Shown: positions 12,421 to 24,557 of the stretch, one piece after another
Position numbering within the stretch: position 1 is the stretch's first letter
Layout of the letters: each line of letters begins with the position of its first letter
Origin: Guillardia theta CCMP2712
Lineage: Eukaryota > Protista > Cryptophyta
DNA length: 64,000 nt
NCBI RefSeq assembly: GCF_000315625.1
Contig: NW_005434662.1
Coordinates: forward strand, 216,307-280,306
Direction: 5' to 3'
Position numbers and translations under genes: made by a program
The notes under the pieces: generated by a model
What the model saw: only the letters and a program-made list of their open reading frames with translations
What the model was told of the DNA's origin: nothing
Databases searched by the model: none

Positions 12421-13547
12421 ATGTCGGAGACAGTGGCGGCCGGCGGGGGGGGGGACGAGGGAGAGAAGATCGAAGGAGGGAAGGAGGAAGGAGTCGACGA
12501 GGAGGATGAGCTCTTTGCGGTACGTGGGGAGGGTCCAAGAAGGTCGACATGACAGGGACCGCAGACTGCCCCGCGTCGTCCTCGCAGGCTGTTCGGGTAT
12601 GACTGGGCAGGTGAGAGGGCTTGCAAGGGAGGACGATGGTGAAACTTGCAAGCAGGTGGGTACGTCTCTCCTTTCCGGCAGACCTCAGAGGAGGTCGCGG
12701 ACAAGATCATGCAGATGGCCGGTGCGTAGGAAGACTCTCGCTGGTGGAACCAACTTGAGCCTCCAGGAGTTGCTGCTGGGAGCGTTGTAGTCGATCTCGG
12801 GTCGGGGGACGGGATACTTCTTGTTGCGGCTGCGAAGAGAGGAGCAAGAGCAGTTGGTGACGTACCGCCATGCTCGGATCTCCTCCCTGACCTCAAATCC
12901 TGTCGCTCAGGGGTCGAACTTTCTAGGGACTTGAACGCTGCTGTACGATGACTCCTAGCCTCTTGCCCGTCTGTTGAGACGGAGGATTGCAGGCCATGCA
13001 GAGGGCGGCTGATGCGGGTGTGGGAAGCATGGTTGAGGTGAGCAAACTTTGAGCCTTCAGACGATGAGGGACTGACTGCCCTCAAAGCTCCTCGAGCAAG
13101 ACCTGACCGAAGTCGCCTGTAGACTTCTAGTCCTTTGCGCTCACAAGCTGCAGGTCGACGTGCTCAAGGTCATAGAGAAGAAGAAGTCATCGACAAGTTG
13201 TTCTCTTCCTCTTGCTGGCTGAACGTGACATGCTGCAAGGTTCTCGCCAGCTCGTCGCCATGTACCTGCTGCCGGAGATCCTGCAGAAGCTGAAGCCCAA
13301 ATTTTTGCAATGGCTGCAGGAGGGAATCGACGTAGTCACAGTCAGGTTCCCTCCTGCCACTTTGCCGAAGCAGCGCCAGCATGTGCTGATGTGCAACGCA
13401 GGTGGAGGGTGGCAGACTTTGAGGTCGTCAACGATGGAGAGGTGGATGGGTTCTGGATGTACGCTAGGTGACACGAGTGGAAACGACGTGGGAGAAGGAG
13501 CAGGGAAAGTTAAGGAAGAGGCGGGGGATACGAACCGGGTGAGATGA
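12421..13547 (+). CDS. Class I SAM-dependent methyltransferase, FAM173 (ANTKMT/ATPSCKMT)-like
   Basis: Spliced: GYVSPFRQTSEEVADKIMQMA|GVAAGSVVVDLGSGDGILLVAAAKRGARAV|GVELSRDLNAA...VAMYLLPEILQKLKPKF...VVTVRFP. Contains motif I DLGSGDG, GVE, and the YLLP..L.P.. / V...F motifs typical of this family. Confidence 0.8.
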
Positions 13548-14137
13548 GTCATAGATATAGAGAGAGCAAGTGAGAGAGGACGGTGAGTCGGAGATTGAAT
13601 CGCACTAGCAGCTGTTTCAATCAGCTCCTCCGCGATCTTTCGTCCTTTCACTTCATACGGGATATACGGGATAGATGTTCCTTTCCTATCTCAGTATCAC
13701 ATACCAACCAAGTGAACTATCGTTGCTCTACCAGCGCTCTCACGTTTCATTCTCCTGCTTTATTCTCAACCGACGCCCCACCCTCCCGCCCCGCCCCGAC
13801 CCGCTCCTGCCCAGTCCTAACACACCCTCTGTGTTTCACTACCTTTCCTCGCAACTGACCTTTCTCTCTCCCCTCCCCCTCCCCTTCTCCCTCCCCTTCT
13901 CCCTCCCCCTCCCCTTCTCCCTCTCCCTCCTCCCACTACTATGTGCCCCCTACCTCATTCCTAATAATCTGCAGCCCGAACATGATTTCAACGGCCCTAC
14001 CAAAAAACGCAAAGCAAGAGGCGGGGAGGGCAGGTGGAAAGGAGTGAGGAGAGCGATGTAGGAGGTACGAGAGAGAAGATGAGATCGAGTGAGCATGAAG
14101 GAGAAGGGACAGGGAGGAGCTGACGGCTGACTGGAAC

Positions 14138-16992
14138 ATGATGCGTCTTCCCTCAGCCATGTCGCCATCTTCGGATGTCTCGGGGGACAAGTTTGAACCC
14201 ATCCTGTCGCACAAACTGAAGAAAGTCGGCGGGCACTCGCTCAAGAGTTGGTTGGTGAGGCGGGGCAAGTCATTCAAAGATCTCTCCTCAGCAGACAACG
14301 ACAAGGAAGAGATCAGGAACGTGTTCCAGCTGTTCGAGGTCCCCGACAACCCTGGCTTCTTCCCTTCCGAGTCCTTCGTCGTCGCCTGCAGGATGCTCAA
14401 GATCCTCCAGGACCCTCGCCTGCTCCCTCCTCTTCCTCCCTTGCTCACCTTCCGGGAGTTCGAGGATCAACTGAAGAAGCTGGGGTACGGCAAGAGGGAC
14501 ATCCTGGTAGAGCTCTACAACCCCGAGACCATGAAATGGCTAGAGGAGACGAGGACGCTGCTCAACGACGGCATGCCGGCAAGCCTGCAGCTCCTCCACA
14601 TGAGGAGGCAGAGATCGATCCAGTCTCTCCCTATGTCTGATGCCGGAACGAGCGAGGACGCGAATCAGTCTCGTCAACCTGCTCCTCGCCCAAGACGCGA
14701 TTCCTCCTACGTCTCTGCCTCCAAGACCTCGCCGTCAGATGGGAGGTTGTCTCCAAAGCGCACGCACACGGAGATCGTCGTCATAGTGCTGTTCGGGAAG
14801 CACAATCCTTCGAATGTCTTCTCGCAGAAGAAGATATCAGAGGTCTCCCTCCAACTCCAGTTAAGAGATCAGTCCGAGCGAACCTTGTTCAAGAAAGTAG
14901 GACCGAACATGACCTGGTACGAGACTTTCACGTTTCGGTTCACTTCAGACTCCTCTCTTGAGACGAGTGAGAAACTCAGGCTGTCTCTGGTGTGCAAGGA
15001 ACTTCACTCTCAGTCCATCTTCACCGGTGACCCTGTCGCGCTCAACGCGAGGAAGCTCGAGTCCAAGGAGCGGTGGATCAAGCTCGAGTGCCGATCAGTC
15101 AACTACGACACCTGCGAACTTTGCTTGTCCTTCCGACGCCTCACCCGCCTGCAGCTGACCGCTACCTCGTCAGATCGCAGCAGCGATATGCTCGACAGGA
15201 GCGCGACGAGCGAAGGGCCTTCGTCTGCTGTGTTGGACGACGTGGCAGAAGAGATCGATGAGAGACTAAGGCGACTCATCGCGTGGGAGGAGGGAGACAA
15301 GATCGTCTTGAAGGAGGAAGGACAGGCACATCAGTCCTCGAGCAACATCTTCCTCCCTCCTGGACAGAGCCTGCGAGCCTTGTGCAGCAGAGTCATGCCG
15401 ATCTACTCGGAGCCCGATGAGGTGGCCGCAAAGCTTAGGACGAACTTCGCGCGGGAGTTTCAGTTCAACGCCTGGAGCTCGGAGAGACGGAAGGAGAGTC
15501 TCAAGACCGTGCAAGACAAGCTGAGGAACCTGACCTCGCTCAAGTTTCTCTCGTACCTGCACACAAACAACAAGGATCACGCTGTGACTCAGTTCGTGAA
15601 GCTCGCGATAGCCGCCAGCTTTTGTCTCGCTCTTGACGAGTCCGGCAACATCCACAGCTGGGGGGACTCGAAGGTGAAGGGCCCGATGAACCTGATGCTC
15701 AAGGAGTACGACGACAAGGTGATCGAGCGCATGATCAACAAGTACTTCTCGAAGAAGGAGGAGGAGGACCCCGACCCCGACCAGCAGCGAGCTCGCATAA
15801 AGCAGCGGAATGACGACTGGGAGATGTACCTGCAGAACAAGGGAGAGTACGTCTGCATGATGCAGAGCAGGCCCTTCATGCTCAAGAGCATGCAGAGCAT
15901 CTTCGTCTTCGATGTCGCCGTCGGGGTCTCCCACTGCGCCGCCCTCTCCCGCGAGGGCCATGTCTACACGTGGGGCTGCGGGGACTACGGGAAGCTCGGG
16001 CATGGCGGGCTGTGGGATGTTGCACAGCCTCGACAGGTACAGGCGCTGAACAAGCGGCGGTGCATCCAGATCGCGTGCGGGGCGAACCACACGCTGGCGC
16101 TGACGGACAACAGCATGCTGTGGACGTGGGGGGACGGGAGGTACGGGCAGCTGGGGCACGGGACCTGGCAAGACTGCGGGCTGCCTTGCAAGGTGCTGAA
16201 CCCTGAGAGCGCGCGGCAGGAGCACCTGAAGGTGCGATGGGTCGGGTGCGGAGATGACTTCACCGCCGCCATCACCAGCGAGAACCGGATGCTGACGTGG
16301 GGCAACGGATGGCACGGCCAGTTGGGGCACGAGAGGATGGTGATGGGGGGAGAGGCAGCGAGGAGGAAGCGGTCGGATGTGGATCAGTTCTTCTCGCGCG
16401 TGCCATCCTTGTCCCTGCTGACTCAGACGAAGCAAGACAACGCAAGGGGAAGCGCTGCGAGGACGAGGAGCAACGCGGAGGATTCGAAGATGCAGGAGAT
16501 TCTGAACCGTCTGAAAGTCTACGAGGGGAAGATGAGGTGCAATCTCGGCTACTCTCCCTCCTCCTCCACCGCAGACGACGGTCGGGCTAGAGCTCGCAGC
16601 CTCCCGCAGCAGGTTCATCTCCTGAGAGACGTTGAGGTATCGAAGATCGCATGCGGCAGCCGCCATGTCCTGGCCTACTCTGCGGATCCTCCGCGCGTGT
16701 GGTCCTGGGGAGAAGGAGAGGGAAACAAGCTGGGGCACGGCACGTGCTTCGACCAGTATGAGCCGAGTGAGATGCTCCTGCTGATCTGACGGCGACTGAC
16801 GACGAAGGCGCAGAGTTGGTGCAGGAGCTGGAGGGGAAGACGGTGAGCAGCATGACGTGCGGGAGTATGTGGAGTGCTGTATTCCTTGAGACAGAGGAGG
16901 TGAGTGGTGGATCTTTACATGTCCTTGCGATCTGTCTTAACGATCGGCAGGCCAAAGTGTACGGCACGCTTCCGTTCGAGATGTTGCCTTGA
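14138..16992 (+). CDS. RCC1-repeat protein with a C2-like domain and possible degenerate N-terminal EF-hand
   Basis: 883-aa ORF with RCC1 repeats (VAVGVSHCAALSREGHVYTWGCGDYGKLGHG; IACGANHTLALT..LWTWGDGRYGQLGHG). C2-like segment ~14770-15140 (GPNMTWYETFTF...LRLSLV...WIKL). Two small 3' exons end ...EMLP* at ~16992. Confidence 0.85.
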
Positions 16993-17158
16993 GATGACTG
17001 ATAGCTGTGGATGACAAGAAGGTGAGCAAGGAAAAATAGATTGGAGGGAGAGGAACAACATTGTCAGACTAGGATGATGATTTGTCCTTCACTTATGTTT
17101 CATTAGTAGAGATTTCATGGTAATTCGAGAAAAATTTGAAAATTGCAATCAAACTGAA

Positions 17159-19841
17159 TCATGCAGAGTCGTCCTGTGGTGCTTTTTCCTCTTTCATGTT
17201 GTTGGACTGCAAAACATTCTTCACTTCCTCCCCTTCACCTTCGTGTCAGACCTGAGGCTTGCGCGAGAGAGACATCTCGTAGATAATAGTCTCGAGCTTC
17301 TTCAGCCTGCCGTTGAACTCAGTTGGCTAGTCCGCACAACTCAACTCGTCCTCACGTCGACTTTGCCACGTCAACTTTCTTGATAACCTGTCGATAGATT
17401 TTTGTTAGAGTTGCTGGACTACTCGCTGCTTGCCAGCTTCTACCTGATGAGGCATGTCGGGAATCACGATGGTCAGTCCGATGATTTGATCCACAACGTC
17501 CTGCCATCGGCATCACAAGTTCCTCAGGCTCTCCCGTGCATTCACCATGCATCTTTTCACTTGCGCCACATCTCGTTTGGTCGCCTGCGCCACTGCGTAT
17601 CTGCAGCTACCACGTCACAAGGGCAGACTGTAGTGACACCACCTAACCTCGCAACTTCCCCAGTGAAGTCAAGGATCCCTCCCATGTACTCGTTTGCGTT
17701 GATCGGCTGCAGCAGAGTTCGTCATGAAAGATCATTCATCGCCATTACGTCAACAGTGATCAAGATGATCGAAAACAGATCGGCAACCAACGAGACTGAT
17801 TTAATTTACCTCCAAGTCAGCCAGCTCAAGGATCCTCCCGTCTTGGAGGAATTGGTAGAACAAGTAAGCCTGGGAGATCGTAAGACAGTAAAACTTTACA
17901 GCATGGCTATCTGTGAAAAGGAAGGAATGGAATACCTCAGCATATTCTTCCATGACACCCTCGAATGCTCCGCTGCACGCAATACTGTGTTACAGCATTG
18001 AGCCAAAGACGATAGTAACAAACTTTCTTAGCCCTGGACTAGTTGCGATGACGCTCAAGATTTCCTGTTTTGAAAATAAGTCAGGTGTCACGTACACACA
18101 GATTCTAAGAATGGATCCAACATTAGAAGACTCTTTGACTCCATCGAGTTGCTTCTTTGCCTGAAGGAATTCAAATCATGACTTCAAATTCTATCTCTCT
18201 TGCTCGCAGTCTACCTTCTCCAAATTTCCACGATGTAGATCATAGATAGAGTTCTAGCATCCAAGCATTAGAGTATAGAAACGGTGTCAAGAAACATGAT
18301 AAGAAGGAATCTTGTCCTACCTTACAAAGCTTTTGCAAGTCCCTGCATTTCTTGATAACAATTTCCCTCTTTTCATCGAACGCCTCCATCTGCGACAACA
18401 ACTTGATCAACTGAAGACTCTGCAAAAAAACATATGAATTTGTTACCTCTTGCCGCATCTGATCGAATTCCTGGAGATCTAGTATCGTAGGAGCATCAGC
18501 ATCTTGCATCACTTCCTCGTTCTTTGATGTACTGTTTGCATCTGCGATATGCTTCACTCTCACAACCAAAGATTCTAGACTTCTGTCCACCTTCCATGAC
18601 TTCTGGATCAAAAATTTCATGGACAAGGCTGAGTTCAAACAGTGTGTCTTCCATCTGATAATGAACAAGTCAAGAAAGCGATCTACGGTGAAAACGATTA
18701 ACAACCTTCCTAACTACATACTTCATCGAGTCATATCTGTGCCTGATTGGCCCATTTCTGATTTCACAGAACTCATGTCAGACAACACAGGAAAAACATA
18801 TACGCAGTTTCAAAACCTGAAATCGAACAGCATGAGCTGCGAATTGATAAGCTCCACCACGTTCTTGCAAACCTGTCGATCAAATCATGAGCAGAAAAAC
18901 GACCAGATTTTCAACCCTACCATCACAGATCGTGCATCCTTGTCTGAAGCACGCTTTATCTGCAAAACCATCAACAATATATAGTGTGTGTTCAACTCAA
19001 GCCAGCAGTACCGCATATCTCTCCAGCTCATTTGAAAATCCAATCACGCCAGGCAGGTATTCATTGTAGGTAGCAAATGGAACCTGAACAATGCTAGTTC
19101 ACGGTGATGTTCTCACGGAATCGTAACAAGATCACCTCACTGCGACGTAAGACTTGTCCTGTCCTGAGAAAATTCGCAAAAGTCTATCCACTCACGTCAA
19201 AGCAGACTCCAGCAGAGGAGTGATAATTACTTTCGCTCGCACGTTGTTTTCGATAGCCCCTGCTCTAGTGCGTTACACGGGACACAATCACATCAGTATC
19301 TTACCTGAAAGTGAACCCCACCGTCCTTCACCATCATCATCGAACTCGGCCAAGGATTGCTATAAGAATATCTCAACTAGGGTGGCGGTACTGGCATCGC
19401 AGCACTGACTTGTAACTTTGTAGAAGCTTCCTCGATGGCTTGGTCGGCCTGCATTCTTGTCAGAAGACTCACATGAGGATCAGGGATCAAGAAAACCTGC
19501 ACGAGCTCTCCGCGATGAAGGTGATAAATTGCTTCATTTCCCTTCCGGCATACCTTCAATCTCCTTCAACCACTCTCGAAAACTCTGTCGTCACCAACAC
19601 ACCACGTGTAGGAGCTTCGATGTCGCTTCCCTTCGCTGCTGCTTGGCACGATATCTCCAGGAGACTTGAGTTAGCGTATTATACTGATTGCCAACACATG
19701 GAGGTCGCACCGCTCGGCCAAGGCATCAAAAGCAGCCGTCGGAACGTTGACGTCCAGAGATGCGTCTTCTCGCGTCGGAAGCAGCGGAAGAGACGGAATG
19801 CTGCTTCTCAGCTTCTTCACGTCTGCAGATTCCAGCCCCAT
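17159..19841 (-). CDS. Tandem translin-family protein (translin-like domain + TRAX-like domain), ~20 short exons
   Basis: Domain 1: QQRREATSKLLH...GNEAIYHLHRGE...GAIENNVRAKTFANFL...NEYLPGVIGFSNELERYA...FDFRNGPIRHRYDSMKYVVRKMEDTLFELSL. Domain 2: DEKREIVIKKCRDLQKL...GVMEEYAEAYLFYQFL...NEYMGGILDFTGEVARYAV...KKVDVAKSTLKKLETIIYEMSL. Confidence 0.85.
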
Positions 19842-20866
19842 CTAAAACGACCAAGTCAGAGTAGATGAAACAGATCTCTGACATCGCATGCACATAGAAT
19901 AGAATGAAGCCTCACAAGTACAATCTAACATGTGCAGCTGCGACACCGGGCTCATTGAGGAAACAAGGGCAGCATGCGAGCATAGCCATCAAGGCGAAAG
20001 GTATCAAAATGCATAGAGTAGGTGGTAGGTGCACAACAAGCGCCAAGTGATCTTGATCTATGAACAGCGAGGGATGGCATAACATACAATGGTCGTGCTC
20101 TTCTTGCAAGCACGTTCCACATTCTTTTCCCTTCTACAAGGCGACCCTCCACCGCCAAAAGCGGCTGTACGAAGACCCAGTAAAGATGTGCATACTGCCA
20201 TGGCGGGGCCCTCCCTAGCTGAAATTCCAGAATCTTTCCCCCTAACGCCTTGAGCAGTGCAGAATAGGATTGCTGACGATGCGAGAAACAGAGAGCAGAG
20301 ACAGGGGGATGATTGAATAGCAAACATCTGCCTGCTTCCTTTCCTTAAGATTATTCTTCTCCTCCATCTGCCATATTCTTCTTTCTCTTCGCATGCCAGA
20401 ATTGGGGAGGGTTTACGAACTTCATTTCCGCGTTTCGCCATGCTGCGACCCCGGCTTGAAAATCTCAAAATCTCCTACCCCTCCATCAGACTACCTCACC
20501 CTGCAATTATACTACCCTACCAGCAGAATCACTATCAAAAGTACCCCTTTTCTCATCACTCATAACTGTACCCTACCCACATGTGTACTACCCCACCCCA
20601 TACTCAATATGCATTTTCCCCTGCACGATCTGGTTGAAACCGCAGATGATGGTAGACCTTCATCTCCGGTTTCAAAACACAATTTCGGGATCTCTTGCAA
20701 TTCCAGAAATGAAAAGGCTAGTTCTAAAAGAGCACACTTCATATTTGAAATATTAGAGGTACTTTTGAGATTCTATTGATGCACTCTTTGCCCCAGATGC
20801 GCCGGGGTCAAAGATGATGGAGTTGAGTAAACTTGAAGAATCTGCTTGACGTGCGGTCCGTTGGGT

Positions 20867-22447
20867 ATGGCGGCGGAGCGAGAGGGGTCGGATTCGCCGC
20901 TGTGGTTGACAGACGAGGTAAGCGATCGAGATGAGGAACTGCGGCAACTAGCCTGTGATTCACATCCTTTGATAACCGGCCCGGGCTGCCGTGACGCTCC
21001 TCATGCAGGGAACTCACCTGGATGTTCTTGACTGGAGGACGCCAAGACAGATTCACAAGGGTTACCCTCCCCTGAGTTCAAGGTTCCTGCACAAGGGACC
21101 TTCAGGAAGTATCGAGCGCGTCCTCGCTGAAGGGAGCCAGATGAAGTTGACCCCCAGGTGCGAGCTCCATGAAGGAGCTCGGACTCGGACTCTATTTGAG
21201 CTGACCTGGGATGTGATAGAACGCATAATATCTTCTTGCTGACTGCGGAAAGGAGCAAGGAGAGGGGAAGACCTGTTCAAGTCGATAATGTAAACTGCTG
21301 AACATGACTTCTTGGCATATCCGTGAAACAGCCTTGTCCCTGAAACATGGTGCAGAGTCTCAGCCGACCTCTAAGGCTGGATAGGATATGGCAATTCAGC
21401 AATCGGCAGGCACTACTGTTTCTGCTGTTCGACTTGAGCTTTTCCGTCTCACTAGTTGTATGGCCAGGCATCGGAAGAAGAGATACGTGCTTCTATGTCA
21501 AATAGATCGTGCATTCTACATGAAAAGCCTCCCCCGAACACTGTAACAATGCATCTCTCCTATCCTAGAATAATGTTTCTGCTGGCTCAGTCTCCGAGGA
21601 CTACTTCAAGCAGGCTGCGAAGATCTCAGGCACAGCACGGTACATATAAAGAGGCTGGACTACTACAAGGAGCGTTCACCCCTTCTGTTGGCAGATGAGA
21701 TCAAACAGGAGTCACAACAGTCAAAGACAAGTGGGGACAGTGACTTCCAGGGTGTCGACGACTTTCTACACTCAGTCAGAAAAGTTCCCCCGCCAAGCGG
21801 GTCAAGACTACATCTTCACTCAGAGCCCAGGAACTTCTCTCCCATGCGAATATCGACGTCGTATGGCACCAGAAGTTACGACGCGTTCCAAGACCAACTC
21901 GAGGGTGTTCGTCCAAAGACTACCATTCACCCGTCACGGAAGTCGAGGATGGCATTCATCTCCGCATTTCAATACGATAGCAATGACTCGTATTCTGTTC
22001 CAAGTTGGGTGACCCCAAGAAAGGTGGACAAAATGCTCGGTTCTGTTCCTCGCAAGAAAATGATTTCTCTTGCAGATCAAGACCGCTCAGCCAGCGACAA
22101 GACCTCGTACGATTGTGAGTTGATGCCTCATGTGTTGAACTCCCAACATTGACTTGCTTGTCTTGGAACGAAGCCATCTGCACACCCTGAGCACAAGATC
22201 TCGCTGGAGGTAGTCACTGTACCAAGTCAGCTTTCTCCGAGAAGGCCGATAACGCGGGCACACCTGAAGGGAGGGAAGTCCATCGATGACAAGGTCTTCG
22301 AGTATACAGAAGTTCCGGAGAGATCGTTAGAACAGGTGCTGTCCAGCGAATCAACTCCGTATGAGATACGTGAGACTCTCAAGGTCCGGGCGCTGTGGGT
22401 GAGCTCGCCTCGAAGAGTTGTCTCCGAGTTTGTCAGCATCGAATGAC
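20867..22447 (+). CDS. Hypothetical protein, multi-exon, S/R/P-rich
   Basis: MAAEREGSDSPLWLTDE|gtaagc...cag|GTHLDVLDWRTPRQ..., continuing through ORF 21688-22152 to ...SEFVSIE* at ~22447. No domain recognised. Confidence 0.5.
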
Positions 22448-22687
22448 CAACAGTTTGCCTTGGGCTGATCGGAGTGTGTAAACTAATCTCAATAAATCAA
22501 CTCTGACTGATACAGACTGACAAAGAGACAGCCATGCGACTTATCATGCACAGCGTGTTGAGAGAGAGAAACAAGCTTTCTAAATTGTAACAGGATGAGG
22601 GAGCATGCAGGATAGTGAACCAAAGAGAGATAGATGGATAAAAAGAAAATGTAATCAAATCGTCATCATGTTATGTTCGTGGAATTC

Positions 22688-24088
22688 TCAGGCCCCCGCG
22701 CTCTCCATGGAAGCATCGATCTTCGTCTTGAGGGACTTCACCATCTTCTTCAGCTTACAGACAGGACCGCACGCTCCATGAGACAGTCTCTGGGCTGACT
22801 TGCCGCGTCCTGCAAACTTCTGGTGAAGCAAAGTAGACTTCGACTTGATCGCCCTAGGGCCGGGATCTGCCTCAGACGCAATACCTCCTCGGACGGTATT
22901 CATAGAATTCGGATTGTCGACCAGCACCCCTGAGTTTGAACCACCCATTCCTCCACCAACTCTCCTCCTCTCGACATCATCTGCCCACTTCTGCGCTGCC
23001 TTGTCGTCATCGTCCTCCGCGCTTTCACCTTCCTCTGCATCCTGTGCGTGTTTCTCAGCTGAGTCTTCTTCTTTCTGTGAAACCTCCATCGGAGAGGCAC
23101 CCGAAGGCCAGTAATTCTTGGGATTCGAATACTCGGGTGGCGACTGCGAGCACACATCGACCATCAAGCGAATGGTCTTGTCCCAGCGGGACGGGTATTG
23201 TTCCTGGTAGTTGTACCCGAGGTAGCAGATGTTGCCGCACGAGCACGGCCTTCCTTGTTTTGCACTTGCTTCACAGTCCTTGGGGTAGACTCTCACAGGA
23301 GGAAGGGTAGTAGAAGCATCGTTAGCAGGATTGTCTGCCATGCAGAACTTGACCATGAACACAACAGCATTCTTTGGTGACCCGTAGATCACTGTCGCAC
23401 CCTGGGGCAAACTCTCTTTCTTGACAGCTGTGACCGCGATGCCTTTCTGCGGGAGGAGGGACGGAGCTCTTTCCAGCATCTCCTTCTGGCTGTCACTCAA
23501 CGAGTCGAACGAGGGCATCAAGGGGAAGGGCCCTGGTGAGTAATCGCCGTCTGCCTGCTCCAAGTTGAAGAAGAAGTATCGGTTGATGAACTCAAAGTCT
23601 ATGATCCCTCCTGTGAAGATCATTGCATTTCCGTTGGCCACGAAGCTCCTCAGGCGCTGACCGATCGCCTTCGAAGGATTGTGGACGTAGAAATCCCACT
23701 CCATGGGTGGAAACAATAGAGAGACACAACAAGAGTGGCTCAGTTTGCGAAACAATGGTCCGTCTAGCTTATAGATGAAGCGAGGATCACGGTATTCTCC
23801 TCCCATGATGGTTCCTAACTTGAAGATATGGCGAACAGTCTCTCCAGACCCTGTGAAGCGTCGGTTCGTGCTCGACCCCCAATACAGCCACAAGTTGGCC
23901 GGGGCACTCCAAGGTTCTTCGTCGATGCCGATACCATGAGGTTGCTCCCAGGTTCCCAGGTCTTCAACAGGACCTCCATTAATCCTTGACCATGACAAGA
24001 GCAGAGCAACGCAGGAGAACGCAATTAGAAGTGCTATTCCTGCCTTGAACGAAGCTGGATGCATTTGGCGAAAGCTTGCAATGGACAT
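22688..24088 (-). CDS. Intronless 466-aa signal-anchored protein, possibly with a class I glutamine-amidotransferase-like (flavodoxin-like) fold
   Basis: Uninterrupted ORF with an N-terminal hydrophobic segment (GIALLIAFSCVALLLSW). LRSFVANGNAMIFTGG and GNICYLGY resemble GATase-like/ThuA-like strands. Acidic, then basic, C-terminal tail. Confidence 0.75.
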   Translation of the reverse strand: MSIASFRQMHPASFKAGIALLIAFSCVALLLSWSRINGGPVEDLGTWEQPHGIGIDEEPWSAPANLWLYWGSSTNRRFTGSGETVRHIFKLGTIMGGEYRDPRFIYKLDGPLFRKLSHSCCVSLLFPPMEWDFYVHNPSKAIGQRLRSFVANGNAMIFTGGIIDFEFINRYFFFNLEQADGDYSPGPFPLMPSFDSLSDSQKEMLERAPSLLPQKGIAVTAVKKESLPQGATVIYGSPKNAVVFMVKFCMADNPANDASTTLPPVRVYPKDCEASAKQGRPCSCGNICYLGYNYQEQYPSRWDKTIRLMVDVCSQSPPEYSNPKNYWPSGASPMEVSQKEEDSAEKHAQDAEEGESAEDDDDKAAQKWADDVERRRVGGGMGGSNSGVLVDNPNSMNTVRGGIASEADPGPRAIKSKSTLLHQKFAGRGKSAQRLSHGACGPVCKLKKMVKSLKTKIDASMESAGA

Positions 24089-24557
24089 GCTAAGGCTGTA
24101 TCAGACACAGGCAGCAGCAGGGAGCGGAGGAGAGAGGTGAAGGGAGGATGCGAGCAAGAGACGAGGGTAGAACGCGAGTGATACCTCCTCCTCCTTCCTC
24201 TACTTCTCAGTCCCCTGCACCTGAATCCGCATGAAGACCGCCGCGCCTTTTCGGAGCTCAGACCGTTAGAACCGTTTAATGTGCGCAACTGCAACGACTA
24301 TGTAACGGATACAACTGGTCTTTGATGTTTATGAAAATGTAGTTTGAAGTTGTACCCCTACTTTAGAGTATAAATTTAGGGGTACGGAATAGCTAAGGAC
24401 CCACCCACCCATACTTGTGTTACCCACAAGAGACGTACGGAAAGGGAGGAATGCAGGAAACAAAATTCAACTTGCAGGGAGGTTTCTACGGCGAGGGCAA
24501 TGCAGGAGGGGGGAAGCTGATAGATGAAGTGGCGATATGACACAGATCGAGCATCTC

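Noticed and set aside
15266-16738. 490-aa antisense ORF (and similar ones at 29278-30069, 34396-35334, 45022-45726, 46056-46802, 57654-58268)
   Set aside because: These are shadows of high-GC3 sense exons and have no recognisable domains.
19900-20330. Hydrophobic signal-peptide-like frame upstream of the translin gene
   Set aside because: I found no splice that joins it in frame to the ATG-19841 exon.
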